Part shown: positions 38,852 through 49,073 of the stretch, one piece after another
Position numbering within the stretch: position 1 is the first letter of the stretch
How the letters are laid out: each line of letters starts with the position of its first letter
IMG/VR virus record: IMGVR_UViG_3300043788_000060
Coordinates: 1-64,000 of that record
Origin: a virus
Reading direction: 5' to 3' (one strand)
Length of the DNA: 64,000 nucleotides
Made by a program: the position numbers and the translations under genes
The notes under the pieces: generated by a model
The model's database searches: none
What the model was told of the DNA's origin: nothing
What the model saw: only the letters and a program-made list of their open reading frames with translations

Positions 38852-40945
38852 ATGACGAGTAATTTTGACGAGATCGTATCCCAATTTGGAAAACCGTCTG
38901 AAATTCCTCACGATGTTTTGTATGAGTTTCTTGCGGCCAACAAGCAGAACATCGTCAATATGTCCAAATTGGGGGCCGACCATGTTCCCAATTCCTTGTT
39001 AGGTAGGGAAGTTCGGAGAAGAAGTCAGGCCGATCTCAAGTGGCTATCCAAATATTTTTTGTGGGATGCCTTATCCGCCAGCGACGGTGGAACCAAGCCA
39101 ATAAGTGAGAACATCTTCCTCGACCCTGTCTACGACATCTTTTCTGAGTTATTTGTCAAGAAAGACCCCAATGTTGCAATACAGGATTTGAGCCCAGTTA
39201 AGACTCGTCTTTTGCTGTGGCCCAGAGGCGGGGCAAAAAGCACTTACGACTGCATTGATACGGCTCAATGGATTCTCTGCTTTCCGACAATAAGAATCCT
39301 ATTTCTGACAGGCGAAGCCACTCTTTCGAAAGGTTTCATTTCAGAGCTAAAAGGCGTTTTTTCGCTGCGTGAGGAAGAACCCACTCTGATCAATTTGTTC
39401 TTCCCTGAGCACTGTTGCTTGCTGAAGGACATGGGCGCTGGAAATGTCTTTACAACACCAGCCTACAAGAAGAAGAAAACGGGACGCAAAGAACCCACAG
39501 TTGTAGCCTCTTCGGTTGGAAAGACAAAAAGCGGTTGGCATTACGAAGTCATCAAGGCCGACGACGCCGTTTCAGACAAGAATACAGAGACTTTGGAACA
39601 ATGCGTTTCGGTTTCTGAAAAACTATTCCTTGCTGAGAAACTTCTGATCCCCGGTGGATATTACAAAGATTACGTAGGAACTCGCTATGCCGAGGAAGAC
39701 CACTACGGCGTTCTGCTCGAAAAGTATCTAACCGTAGGAAAGATAGAAACTATCTCAGGAGTAGGCTGGGTTTTCACCCACAACGACACCTTCAACATCA
39801 ATATCTTGGTTGGACGGGCCTGTCAGATCAAATCGGAAGTCGAAGACAGACTCCGCAGAGAAGGTAAGATTGTAAATTACATAGAGGCGGGAGAAGATGG
39901 CTGTATCCTGCTCCTGCCTTTGAAGCAGCCCTACTCGTGGTTGATGGGTGAATTTACCAACAACGAGAAAGTTTTTGAAGGCCAGCTAAATCAGAATCCT
40001 AGAATCGCCAGTCAACGCGGCTTCAATCGAATCTCTCTTATCAAAGCCACAATTCCCTACAACATGCTCCCCCGGACCGGTCCTGTTTCGCAATTCTGGG
40101 ATTTGAGTTTTAGCCAAAAGAAGGGCACCGATTACTGCGTGGGTAGTTCGGTCATGTGGGGGGAAGAAGATGTCATCGATCTTCAAGGAAAGAAGACAGG
40201 CGGGAAGAAAACCGTCGGTTACGTCCGCAAGATAATTCGGGATCGGTTTAACCCGTTTACAGCCGCCCAAGCTATTGTCCAATTAGTTGTCGAGGAACGT
40301 CCTTTTGTTCTGGGCATCGAAGACGCGGGCGGCTCGAAGAACCTCGAACCGGCTATTCAGGCCGAGGCGTATAAGACCCAAGATTCGCACGTTATCGCAG
40401 TTTGTACCCACATCAATTGGGTAACCCCAAGTAACCAATTCGACGCCAAGCGAATTCGTATGGGCAGTTTGATTCCGTGGGTTGAAGAAGGCAGACTAAA
40501 ATTCGCCAACTTCTGCATGGAGCCAAAATACCCTACATTAGACATAATGTACGAGGAATTCATCGCTTGTCTGTCGAGTCATCATCACGATGACATTCCG
40601 GACAACTTGGGGTACCAACCGCTGTACGCCCCCCAAGCAACCCAAGCGATTGTCGAAAATAATGTCAGCATGTTTTACCGGGTCGATCAGCAAGGTTGGG
40701 GTCAGATTTACGATCAAGGATTTAATCCAGACGCCGGATCGGTCTACACTTTGGGCAATGACGGCAGTTTGCAACCCCACCAGAGAACTCAGGCCACGAA
40801 ATATATGCTGGATGACAGCGGCAAATTAGTTCCTTTGGATGAACCGTACCAACCAATCAATGATGATTGGTCGCCGGAGCCTGAAGTCAGGGGAGATACC
40901 CCGTATCAGATGCCAAATGTCTTGGGGATTGGAATTTTTGGATGA
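38852..40945 (+). CDS. Terminase large subunit
   Basis: LLLWPRGGAKST (Walker A variant), HYEVIKADD (Walker B), VGTRY, nuclease FWDLS...DY and HHDDIPD. Confidence 0.88.
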   Translation: MTSNFDEIVSQFGKPSEIPHDVLYEFLAANKQNIVNMSKLGADHVPNSLLGREVRRRSQADLKWLSKYFLWDALSASDGGTKPISENIFLDPVYDIFSELFVKKDPNVAIQDLSPVKTRLLLWPRGGAKSTYDCIDTAQWILCFPTIRILFLTGEATLSKGFISELKGVFSLREEEPTLINLFFPEHCCLLKDMGAGNVFTTPAYKKKKTGRKEPTVVASSVGKTKSGWHYEVIKADDAVSDKNTETLEQCVSVSEKLFLAEKLLIPGGYYKDYVGTRYAEEDHYGVLLEKYLTVGKIETISGVGWVFTHNDTFNINILVGRACQIKSEVEDRLRREGKIVNYIEAGEDGCILLLPLKQPYSWLMGEFTNNEKVFEGQLNQNPRIASQRGFNRISLIKATIPYNMLPRTGPVSQFWDLSFSQKKGTDYCVGSSVMWGEEDVIDLQGKKTGGKKTVGYVRKIIRDRFNPFTAAQAIVQLVVEERPFVLGIEDAGGSKNLEPAIQAEAYKTQDSHVIAVCTHINWVTPSNQFDAKRIRMGSLIPWVEEGRLKFANFCMEPKYPTLDIMYEEFIACLSSHHHDDIPDNLGYQPLYAPQATQAIVENNVSMFYRVDQQGWGQIYDQGFNPDAGSVYTLGNDGSLQPHQRTQATKYMLDDSGKLVPLDEPYQPINDDWSPEPEVRGDTPYQMPNVLGIGIFG

Positions 40946-41779
40946 GACTAGAAGTCCGAATATACGATGACGCCGAACAAGTAGTAGCTGAATACAAAGG
41001 CGATCCCTGTCAACCGGGACAGTGGAGGGCACAAGTTGGTAAGACGGTGAAAGGCAAGATGCCCAGACAATCGGACCAAGATAACAGCGGAACCTACGAG
41101 TTGCACGGGTTTACTTACCAGCCGCACCTTCAGGTAGAAAGACCTAACGGATACACAGCCCCGCAACCCAATCCGAATAATGGACAGGTTCCGACGAATC
41201 CTTTTGCGGGTCTTCCAAAATATTTTCAACCAAAATCTTCGTGGGGTCCGGTTTCCCCGACAGCATCACCCGCGCCTAGCGCGAACAACTTAAACAGAGG
41301 TTTGTAAAATGAGCACAGATAGCGCAATGGGCGGACTTATAAAACTTGGGGGCAACCTCGAAAATCCGCGTGATTCAAAAGCACAAGACTGGCCCAACGT
41401 TGGAGCCTCGGGTCCAGCCGGTCAAGAATCCGGTCGCAACCAACTCGTCAAGCAGACGACCGAACAAGAAGGTCCGATGCACACGCAGGACTCCGGAGAC
41501 ATGACGCCCAGCGTGTGGGGTAAGGCAGATTTTCCGGTAGGTAAGTCCAAAGGAGAATCCGGGTCGTCTCCGTCTGCGGTTTCGATTAAGGGCAGCATCG
41601 ATTGTTCTACAGGTCAGATGGTTCCGAACGCTGTAGACCAGACATACTAATGACATCAAAATCTACCCCATGTTCGGAGAAAACACCCAAGCAGCCTTGG
41701 TATAAGAAACTTATACAGGCTATTGGAACTGCGATTGGGAACGCGAAGTTTGGTCAATAACTCGAACGTGAAGGCATAA

Positions 41780-43855
41780 ATGGCGATACTTCCGGAACCA
41801 CAATTTAATGTCCATTCGGAGATTACTCCGAAAGAGGCAAAAGGATTTGTCGCTACTGGCGTATGGGCCGATGACCCAGCCGCTAAACTTGTGGTTCAAG
41901 ATGCCGAGAGAGCGGAAAAAGGAGAGCAGAGCCGCGCTTGGATAATGGCGTGGCAATCGGCTTCCACCCTCTATCAGTCACCTTTTTCGCCACGCTACTG
42001 GCCGGGGACGCAATCTGAAGCTGCCTCAATTAGCTTCTTCACGGTTGCCTGCGCGGTAAATGGAATCAATCCACAAGCCCTTGCGGGTTTATTCTATGAA
42101 AATCCGCCCTTTATGATACAAGAGCGCAGCGGAACAACCGCACAAGCTGCCCGCGCTGTATCTGCATTACTTCAGTATCAACTCGAAGATATCAATTTCA
42201 GAGAAGAACTGAGACTGGGTTCGATGAACTGTCTGCTTTTTGGAACAGCGATGTTCCAAGAAGGCTGGGAAAAGTTTACCTGCGAACGGAAGATCATCAA
42301 GAGGAAAAACCCCTCGGTTAAAATCCCGAGTTCGATTCCCGGGGTGCCTTCGTCTACAATCTCGGACGATGAGCTAGAAGAAGAAGTAATTGAAGAGGTC
42401 GTAGACCGGCCCACCTTCGAGCACATCGTAAATCTCAGAGAAGTTCTCGTCGATCCGGGTTTGCAAGTTCCGGATATCCGCAAGGCGAAGTACGTTGTCC
42501 GTCGTCGGTACATGACATGGGATGACCTCGACAAACTTCGCGACCGAGACGGATATACAATTCCTTCCCGGGACAAATTGATCGAACTGTTCCTGCCCCC
42601 GCAGGAACCAGTAGAGCCAGCCCTAAATGAAGAAGGCGGACGCAACCCGCTTTGGGAAGCAAAAGCCGAACCACGTTGGGAACCAACCACCGTCGATCCG
42701 ACTCAGCAACCATTAGAAGTCTTAGAACGGTGGGACAACAAAACCTACATCGTAGTCCTTCAAAAGAAGGTCGTGATTTTCAACGACCGGAATGTCTATG
42801 GTAAGATTCCGTTTCTCTCAATCGGCTGGTGGGATATCCCCGGTGCTTTTTGGTCGATGGGGCTGGGCCGTACTATCGGAACAGAGCAAAGACTCCAGTC
42901 CGGAATTACCAACCTTGTAATTGACAACGCCTCGCTGAACCTGAACATGCCGATGGTTCGCGTCCGTGGAAAATCGATCCCGACCCAGAACATCAGAATC
43001 GGTCCGGGCAAGATCATCGAAGTCGATGCTCAAGGAGACATGGCTCCGCTTATGCGGTCGGCCCCAGTCCCCGAGGCAGGTGAACTTCTGGCTATGTCCC
43101 AAGGCCGCGTGGACATGGTGTCCGGAAACCCGGTTACCTCAAGAGGCGACGTAGGCTCAAGCGGTCACTCCAACATGGCCCGTAGTTCCGCCGGGGCATC
43201 CGGAATTCTGGCAGGAGCGAACACCCCGATTTCGGATTTCATCGACAAACTTGCTAACCAAGTTATCATACCGTTCCTATATGATTGTCAAGAGATGAAC
43301 CGGTCGATGCTGCCGCTAAGTCAGCTTGACTACATCATGTCCGACGAGTTGAAACACGAGTATGTCACAAACGGCGGGGACCTGATTGACATCCTGAACG
43401 CCAAGGTGAAGTTCCAAATTCTGGCGGGCAGCAAAATGACTACTCGCCGGAACATGGCTCAGGGTCTACCACAACTTACAGCTTTTCTCGCCCAACCCGC
43501 TGTCTTAGAACAGCTAGCGGTAGAGGGAAAGAAAGTCGATGTAAACGAAATTGTAAGGATGTGGTTCGAGGCATCCGAGTGGAAGAACATGAACGACGTA
43601 GTCGTCCCGATGACCCCGCAGGACTTGCAGAGACAGCAGCAACAAAGTCAAGGAGGTCAGAATGAGCAGAAGTTCTTGCAGCAGCAGGCATTGATCGCGC
43701 AGAAAGCACAACTTCAATCTCAACAGGCAGATGCGGACAATATTGCAAGGGCCAGCAGGGACGTTTTAAGGGAAGGCTTTAAAAAGGCAGTCGAACCGGA
43801 GGAATTAACAGGAGAGGTAAATACCTCTGGTTCCGGCTTCGGAAGCGTACTATAA
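41780..43855 (+). CDS. Portal protein
   Basis: 691 aa, between terminase and scaffold; P22-like pattern (VDP, FWSMGLG..I..EQ, IGPGKII) and Gln-rich C-terminal helix. Confidence 0.8.
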   Translation: MAILPEPQFNVHSEITPKEAKGFVATGVWADDPAAKLVVQDAERAEKGEQSRAWIMAWQSASTLYQSPFSPRYWPGTQSEAASISFFTVACAVNGINPQALAGLFYENPPFMIQERSGTTAQAARAVSALLQYQLEDINFREELRLGSMNCLLFGTAMFQEGWEKFTCERKIIKRKNPSVKIPSSIPGVPSSTISDDELEEEVIEEVVDRPTFEHIVNLREVLVDPGLQVPDIRKAKYVVRRRYMTWDDLDKLRDRDGYTIPSRDKLIELFLPPQEPVEPALNEEGGRNPLWEAKAEPRWEPTTVDPTQQPLEVLERWDNKTYIVVLQKKVVIFNDRNVYGKIPFLSIGWWDIPGAFWSMGLGRTIGTEQRLQSGITNLVIDNASLNLNMPMVRVRGKSIPTQNIRIGPGKIIEVDAQGDMAPLMRSAPVPEAGELLAMSQGRVDMVSGNPVTSRGDVGSSGHSNMARSSAGASGILAGANTPISDFIDKLANQVIIPFLYDCQEMNRSMLPLSQLDYIMSDELKHEYVTNGGDLIDILNAKVKFQILAGSKMTTRRNMAQGLPQLTAFLAQPAVLEQLAVEGKKVDVNEIVRMWFEASEWKNMNDVVVPMTPQDLQRQQQQSQGGQNEQKFLQQQALIAQKAQLQSQQADADNIARASRDVLREGFKKAVEPEELTGEVNTSGSGFGSVL

Positions 43856-44404
43856 CCGTCCGAATAATGGACCAACAACTTCCCGTAAGTGAGGATTTCA
43901 CTTAGGAGTTCAGAATGTTTAAGTGGATCAGAAGAAAGTTTTTGGAACTAAACGCAGAGGCGCTTCGCACCAATAACGCCGAGCGTCTGGCCCAACGTTT
44001 TCCTTTAGAAGACCAAATAGATGACTACGCAGATCATCAAATAGCATGGTTGCTTCGTGCTTCCTCGGAATATCGAGCCGCTAAAAAAGACCCGAACGCT
44101 TTCGTTGAAAAATATTTCTCCGAAAAGATCAAACCAATCAAACCCTATGTCGATTCGTGGACGCAGGGTTTGTTAGTGGAGTATCCCGACAAATATACCC
44201 GGTATTACGAAGACCCGGAGGACGAGTAAATGACCGGTTTCGTCCAAGCCAAACCCGACAAATTCAACAGCTTCTCATCCTCGGAATATGACAACCTTAC
44301 CGATGACCAACTTGCCGAACTTCTTCGCCAATGCAAAGTCAACGTTTCCCCGCAGCTAAAACCGCAGTCCCCGAAATACACGGACCTAGACAGGCTGGTG
44401 GGCA

Positions 44405-44779
44405 GTGAGTGAAACTCCTAATGGCCTGCCGATTTTCGCCGATCCAGAGCAGGATTTATCCCAACTCGAAGCCCAGCTAGACCTGTTTGAAAAAGGCCGC
44501 AAATTGCGGAAGTTCGTGCTCGATCCTGACTGGGAAATTGTCGTGCAGGTTCTCAGAGACTACCGGGACAAATATCGGGACGCGCTGATTGCTCTGCCGC
44601 CCGGGACTCCGCATGTTTTGCAGTCCCACGCCGCTGCGTCTGCTTCAAACGATATGTTTACCTTTTTCCAGCAGGACATAGACAACGCGATTGAAATCGC
44701 CAATAACCCCCCACCGGAATTGAAGAACCATATACGGGGAATTCGCAAGGCTGTAGAAGAAGCGCAGGGCGGCATTTAA
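44405..44779 (+). CDS. Hypothetical head-region protein
   Basis: Helical protein downstream of the portal gene. Confidence 0.55.
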   Translation: MSETPNGLPIFADPEQDLSQLEAQLDLFEKGRKLRKFVLDPDWEIVVQVLRDYRDKYRDALIALPPGTPHVLQSHAAASASNDMFTFFQQDIDNAIEIANNPPPELKNHIRGIRKAVEEAQGGI

Positions 44780-45287
44780 TGAGGTCGCATACACATTGCT
44801 GCTTTTGCGGAGCGTACAACGCAAAGGACCCGGTAGGATATGCCGGAGAACGCGCTTGTTACGTATGTGGGCACGGGGGTCAAGGGGAGGGTAGACTCCC
44901 CGTAATGGCCTCGGATTCTTGGGAAAAAGTTGATTTCTACGGATACGTCCCCAACTATCTACCACCTCTCGAAGGCAACGAAAATAAAATCTATTAGTCC
45001 GCTCCTCGGAAGGAAAAATGAAAGCACCATTAGCATATCTTGGACATTGGAGAGACAAAGAAGTATCTCGTTTAACCCTTTTGGCCCAGAAAACCGAGAA
45101 TGGCTATGAGTTCGAATATCATATCGCAGAAGACCTCGGAACAGCCTCTGGCAACCACGAAGTTGCTTCCTTTTTCGGATCAATAGTTCCTGCTATCGAG
45201 AAAGAATTTTCAAAACAATTTAGTAAACCGTCCGAATAATGGACAAACCACACCCCGTGATAGAGGATTTCTATCGAGGAGCAAGTA

Positions 45288-46436
45288 ATGGCAAAACCTG
45301 TAATCGATCCGTGGCTTCTAAACGCCGACGGAACCCCAGACCCCTTTTCACAAGCCGTAGACTACGGCATGACCGCGAAAGACGAAGTCGATCCGGACCT
45401 ACAACCTATTGAACCGCACGGCGGGCTCGATCCACAGATCATCGCCAACCAGCCACCAGCCCCGAGCGAAGAAACACCAGTAGAAACACCGCCCGCTCCC
45501 GTCGTTGAACCGGAGCCAGAAGGTCCCGAAGTTTTCGAACTGCCGAACGGCGGCACGGTAACCCGCACCAAGGAAAAAGGACAATGGAAGGCCGTCCTCG
45601 ACCCGGGCACCGGAGCAAACCCCGAAGTATTCTGGGGCAAGAACAAGGATGAGCTTTTGGTAAGCGTACTCACGGGGAAGCTAGAGGCTACCAAAAAGAT
45701 TAGGGAGTTGAACAAAAAGGTAAAGCTGACCGCTCCCGCTGCTCCGAGACAAGTTCAACAGCCGCCCCAACCGTCTGTCCGCGATCTTACCGCCGACGAA
45801 TCATTTGAGATCAAGGCCCTCTGGGACTCAAACCCCGCCGCCGCCCTCGATCTTCTTGTCAAAAAGCGGACAAACCTCACTCTTGAAGACTTGGTGGCAA
45901 AAGCCAATAGGGGCGACCAAGCCAACATCAGTCTGGAAACCGAGGCAATTACTCGGGAATTCATCGAAAAGAATCCAGACTACTACACTGACCCAAGGAA
46001 CGCCGATGCGTTTCTCAAATGGTTGGCAAAATTCAAACTCGGCAAGAACGTCACGGAAACCAACTCGGGAGAAATACTTACCGAACTTTGGACATCCGGT
46101 AACTTCACTGTCGAAAATCTTGAGGAAGCGTTCCAAGACCTGACCGACGATGGATTATTGGTCAAGCCACGTCTTCCCAAAACACCTCCGCCGGTAGAGG
46201 TTCTACCAGAACCGGTACCTGCGCCAGCGCCCCCGAACACACGGATTGTGAAGACGGAGACGCGCCCGCGAGCGGCACTAGGAATCAGGAACAGCGATGT
46301 ATCAGCTACACCGCCTCCTCAAACTCCGACTGCGCCCACAGACGAGGACCTAGAGAATCTTCCTGACGAACAGATCAGCGCATTGCTGAGAGGCGTTCGC
46401 AAGATGAAAGCTCAACAGGCCCGGCGCTCTAACTAA
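45288..46436 (+). CDS. Capsid scaffolding protein (putative)
   Basis: Acidic, Pro-rich and helical; directly upstream of the capsid gene; strong RBS. Confidence 0.7.
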   Translation: MAKPVIDPWLLNADGTPDPFSQAVDYGMTAKDEVDPDLQPIEPHGGLDPQIIANQPPAPSEETPVETPPAPVVEPEPEGPEVFELPNGGTVTRTKEKGQWKAVLDPGTGANPEVFWGKNKDELLVSVLTGKLEATKKIRELNKKVKLTAPAAPRQVQQPPQPSVRDLTADESFEIKALWDSNPAAALDLLVKKRTNLTLEDLVAKANRGDQANISLETEAITREFIEKNPDYYTDPRNADAFLKWLAKFKLGKNVTETNSGEILTELWTSGNFTVENLEEAFQDLTDDGLLVKPRLPKTPPPVEVLPEPVPAPAPPNTRIVKTETRPRAALGIRNSDVSATPPPQTPTAPTDEDLENLPDEQISALLRGVRKMKAQQARRSN

Positions 46437-46452
46437 ACAACAAGGAGTAACC

Positions 46453-46670
46453 ATGAGTTACTCTCCTACAAGTATCGTCACGAGCGGGGCGCTTCCGAAC
46501 TTAGTCGCAATTCACTATGAGCGCGAAGCTGTTCCCAACCTCAAGGCGCAAACTCCTTTCCTTTCCATGACCAAGCAGCGTCCGCTGCCGTTGCGGCAAG
46601 GTAACCAGATTCAGTTCTACACCTACGCGATCTTGGCTGCAAACCTGAACCAAGCCGCTGAGGGAACCGT
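46453..46670 (+). CDS. Major capsid protein (N4-gp56-like), exon 1
   Basis: MSYSP...PLPLRQGNQIQFYTY...AAEGT(V); ends at the U of a group I P1 helix. Confidence 0.8.
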
Positions 46671-47730
46671 GAATAAACCTGCGGTTCTAAAATTCGCCCA
46701 AATCCGTCAATACCTGTTTGCAGAAGCCGCCTAGTGTGGTATAATGTGAATAGACAAGACGGAGGAAAATTCTTGCGAAGCGACATCCATCCCAAGCGTT
46801 GGGCTTTCATAGCCGGTCTAATTGACGGTGATGGAAGTTTCAGTATCCGATATGACAAAGAGTCCGGATATCAATTAACTGTTAACATATATTCGACATC
46901 GAGAAATCTGATGAACTGGTTGGTCAAGCTGATTGGTGGCCAGTATCGAAAGATGCCTACGAAGGGCAATCGTAAACAGCGGTATGCTTGGTATTCAGGG
47001 AATTCAGAAATTCCCACCAATGTTGCTCCGTATCTCATTCTCAAGAAAAGTCAGGCAGAGTCTTCCGTTCTATTCTTTAATCTTGGCTCAGAGAGAAATC
47101 CTCAAGCTAGAGAAGAATTGATGAGAGACATTCAAAATGCTAATGACTTTTATGTACCAGCCAATAAAAAAGATGTACAGGATAGTCGAAAAAATCCGAT
47201 AGAACCCACCAAACTGGATTGGGCCTATCTCTCCGGATTGTTTGATGCTGAGGGGTCTTTCGGCCTCCAAAGGCGCAGCAAAAAGGGCAACGGTTCCTAT
47301 ACATCTTACGCACGAATTTCAAACACAGATAATCGGGTATTCTTGTGGATCGCGCCCCGCTTCGGCGGTCGGTTTTCGGTTACTACCAAGGAACACGATA
47401 AAGATGAAGGCGCATGGACGTTGTCCGGCTCCATCGGTTTAGAAGGAAGAAAAGATCGAGAGAACAAACTCTTGGCTTTGGTTCCTTATCTGGTTGCTAA
47501 GAAAGAACGTGCGGTGCTCTTTATGGAGTGGATTAGAAATAACCACCTATTGACCAAAGAGCAAAAATTGGATTATTTTCTGAGAATGAAGGCGTTGAAC
47601 AAACGCGGAATCTCTCTAGAGACTAATACGGCGAACTGTCCAGAAAATGGACAGATGATAGAGTCCGATCCTGATAGCGATATCAGGTGCGACCCAGCAG
47701 TGATGTTGGAGTCCTAAAACACAAATAAGG
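46671..47730 (+). mobile_element. Group I intron 1 with LAGLIDADG ORF (3' end at 47727 or 47730)
   Basis: P1 GGAACCGU/GCGGUUCU with U-G at the splice site; core GAGACTAATACGGCGAA...GATAGAGTCC. Confidence 0.8.
46773..47717 (+). CDS. Double-motif LAGLIDADG homing endonuclease
   Basis: WAFIAGLIDGDGSF and WAYLSGLFDAEGSF; TTG start after GGAGG; own promoter at 46735-46745. Confidence 0.9.
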   Translation: MRSDIHPKRWAFIAGLIDGDGSFSIRYDKESGYQLTVNIYSTSRNLMNWLVKLIGGQYRKMPTKGNRKQRYAWYSGNSEIPTNVAPYLILKKSQAESSVLFFNLGSERNPQAREELMRDIQNANDFYVPANKKDVQDSRKNPIEPTKLDWAYLSGLFDAEGSFGLQRRSKKGNGSYTSYARISNTDNRVFLWIAPRFGGRFSVTTKEHDKDEGAWTLSGSIGLEGRKDRENKLLALVPYLVAKKERAVLFMEWIRNNHLLTKEQKLDYFLRMKALNKRGISLETNTANCPENGQMIESDPDSDIRCDPAVMLES

Positions 47731-48334
47731 AAGCCCGATCTCCGAATCGAGCACCAAGATCGTTGCTACCATCGGGCAGTATGCCGATTTTATCAACAGT
47801 TCTGACTTGGCTCTCGACGTAGCAATCGACGATCCGGGTTTGCTCCAGAATCTGGCAAACGAACTCAACTACCGGCTTGCTCTTACCCTCAACTCTCTTG
47901 TCCAGATCACAGCGGACTCGGCAGTTGCGGTGGACTCGCTGGTCAACACACAACTGGCCAACGGCTCGTATCTGACGGCGAACAACCTTCGTTCGGCAGT
48001 TCAGTCGCTGGTATCGGTCAACGCACGGCCTCTCGTAAATAACTCCTACGGTGGAATCATTCACCCGAACGTGGTACGAGACATCCTCAACGACACGTCT
48101 TTCAATGGTCTAACCGACATTGTAAAGCGCGATCCTGAGATGGCGAAGATGCTGTACGAACTCCCGAAGAATGATGATGTTATCAAGTTCGCCGGGGTCA
48201 CGTTCAAGCAAACAAGCACTGCGCCGACGGTGACCATCAGTTCGAACACGTATTACAACACTTACATCTTCGGGGACGACGCGATTTTCAGCGTCTTCTT
48301 GGGCAAGAATCCCGAGGATGGATCGAAGAACTAT
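47731..48334 (+). CDS. Major capsid protein, exon 2
   Basis: SPISESSTKIVATIGQYADFINSSDLALDVAIDDP...GIIHPNVVRDI...TYIFGDDA...GSKNY. Confidence 0.8.
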
Positions 48335-48552
48335 TTGCAAAAAGTAGCTTGAGCGGGCAACTGCTCTCGAACAGACCGTAAATTCGGTGGAACCCTCACA
48401 GAGGCAATACCGAGCCAAGTCGCGAAAGCGGAAGGTGTAGAGACTAGAGACGGTCCTCCCTATGGGATGATAGTATAGTCCGGACTGCACAGCGATGTGC
48501 AGAGGCAAACAGAAATGATTTGCCCGTCCGAATAATGGACAGTAACAAAACG
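48335..48552 (+). mobile_element. Group I intron 2 (218 nt, no ORF)
   Basis: P1 CUAU/GUAG; AATTCGGTGGAA, AATACCGAGCCAAG, GTAGAGACTA, ATAGTCC; terminal G; removal restores the frame. Confidence 0.85.
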
Positions 48553-48606
48553 AAACTCTTCATCCAGAGTGCGCCTGAGCAGGGAAGTGTAAGTGATCCA
48601 GCACGT
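48553..48606 (+). CDS. Major capsid protein, exon 3 (54 nt)
   Basis: KLFIQSAPEQGSVSDPAR. Confidence 0.8.
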
Positions 48607-48828
48607 CAACTTTAGGCGTCACTAAGGCGAAATCCTTAGAAGAAAATTCTATCTAATTGACTTGGAAGCTGAGAAGCCAACAAGGCGGAACCCAGAAATC
48701 GGGACCGTGAGAGACTAAACGATAGAACACCCTTTGGGGTGATGCGATAGTCCGGCCTCATACGAAATGAAGTATGAGAGGTGTGCAGAAATGACGCACC
48801 CCGTCCATTTTAGACGAGTAACATTCCG
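48607..48828 (+). mobile_element. Group I intron 3 (222 nt, no ORF)
   Basis: P1 ACGU/GCGU; AATTGACTTGGAA, AACAAGGCGGAA, GAGAGACTAAACG, GATAGTCC; terminal G. Confidence 0.85.
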
Positions 48829-48933
48829 CAAATTGGAGGCTGGGTTTCTTACAATGTACGGTACACAAACACTTTGCGTCCGGGCAGCACAATGACGCTA
48901 AGACGTTTGCAATCAGAGACATCCAGTTCATAG
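48829..48933 (+). CDS. Major capsid protein, exon 4
   Basis: QIGGWVSYNVRYTNTLRPG...SSS*; the junction SDPARQIGGW resembles the N4-gp56 SDPxxQxG motif. Confidence 0.8.
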   Translation, partial: QIGGWVSYNVRYTNTLRPGSTMTLRRLQSETSSS

Positions 48934-49073
48934 GAGTCTTTGAAAAAATAGTTTCGAAATTCTTTACACAAAGCCATTAAACTGTGGTATAATGTATTTG
49001 AGTTTCGAAATTCAAACCGGGAAGGGCGGTACCTCACTACCGCCCAACTCGACTCATGTGAGGATGAGAGAAC

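Noticed and set aside
46453-46734. 93-aa and 181-aa (47807-48352) ORFs as separate genes or a capsid pseudogene
   Set aside because: Removing the group I introns joins them in frame into one capsid protein.
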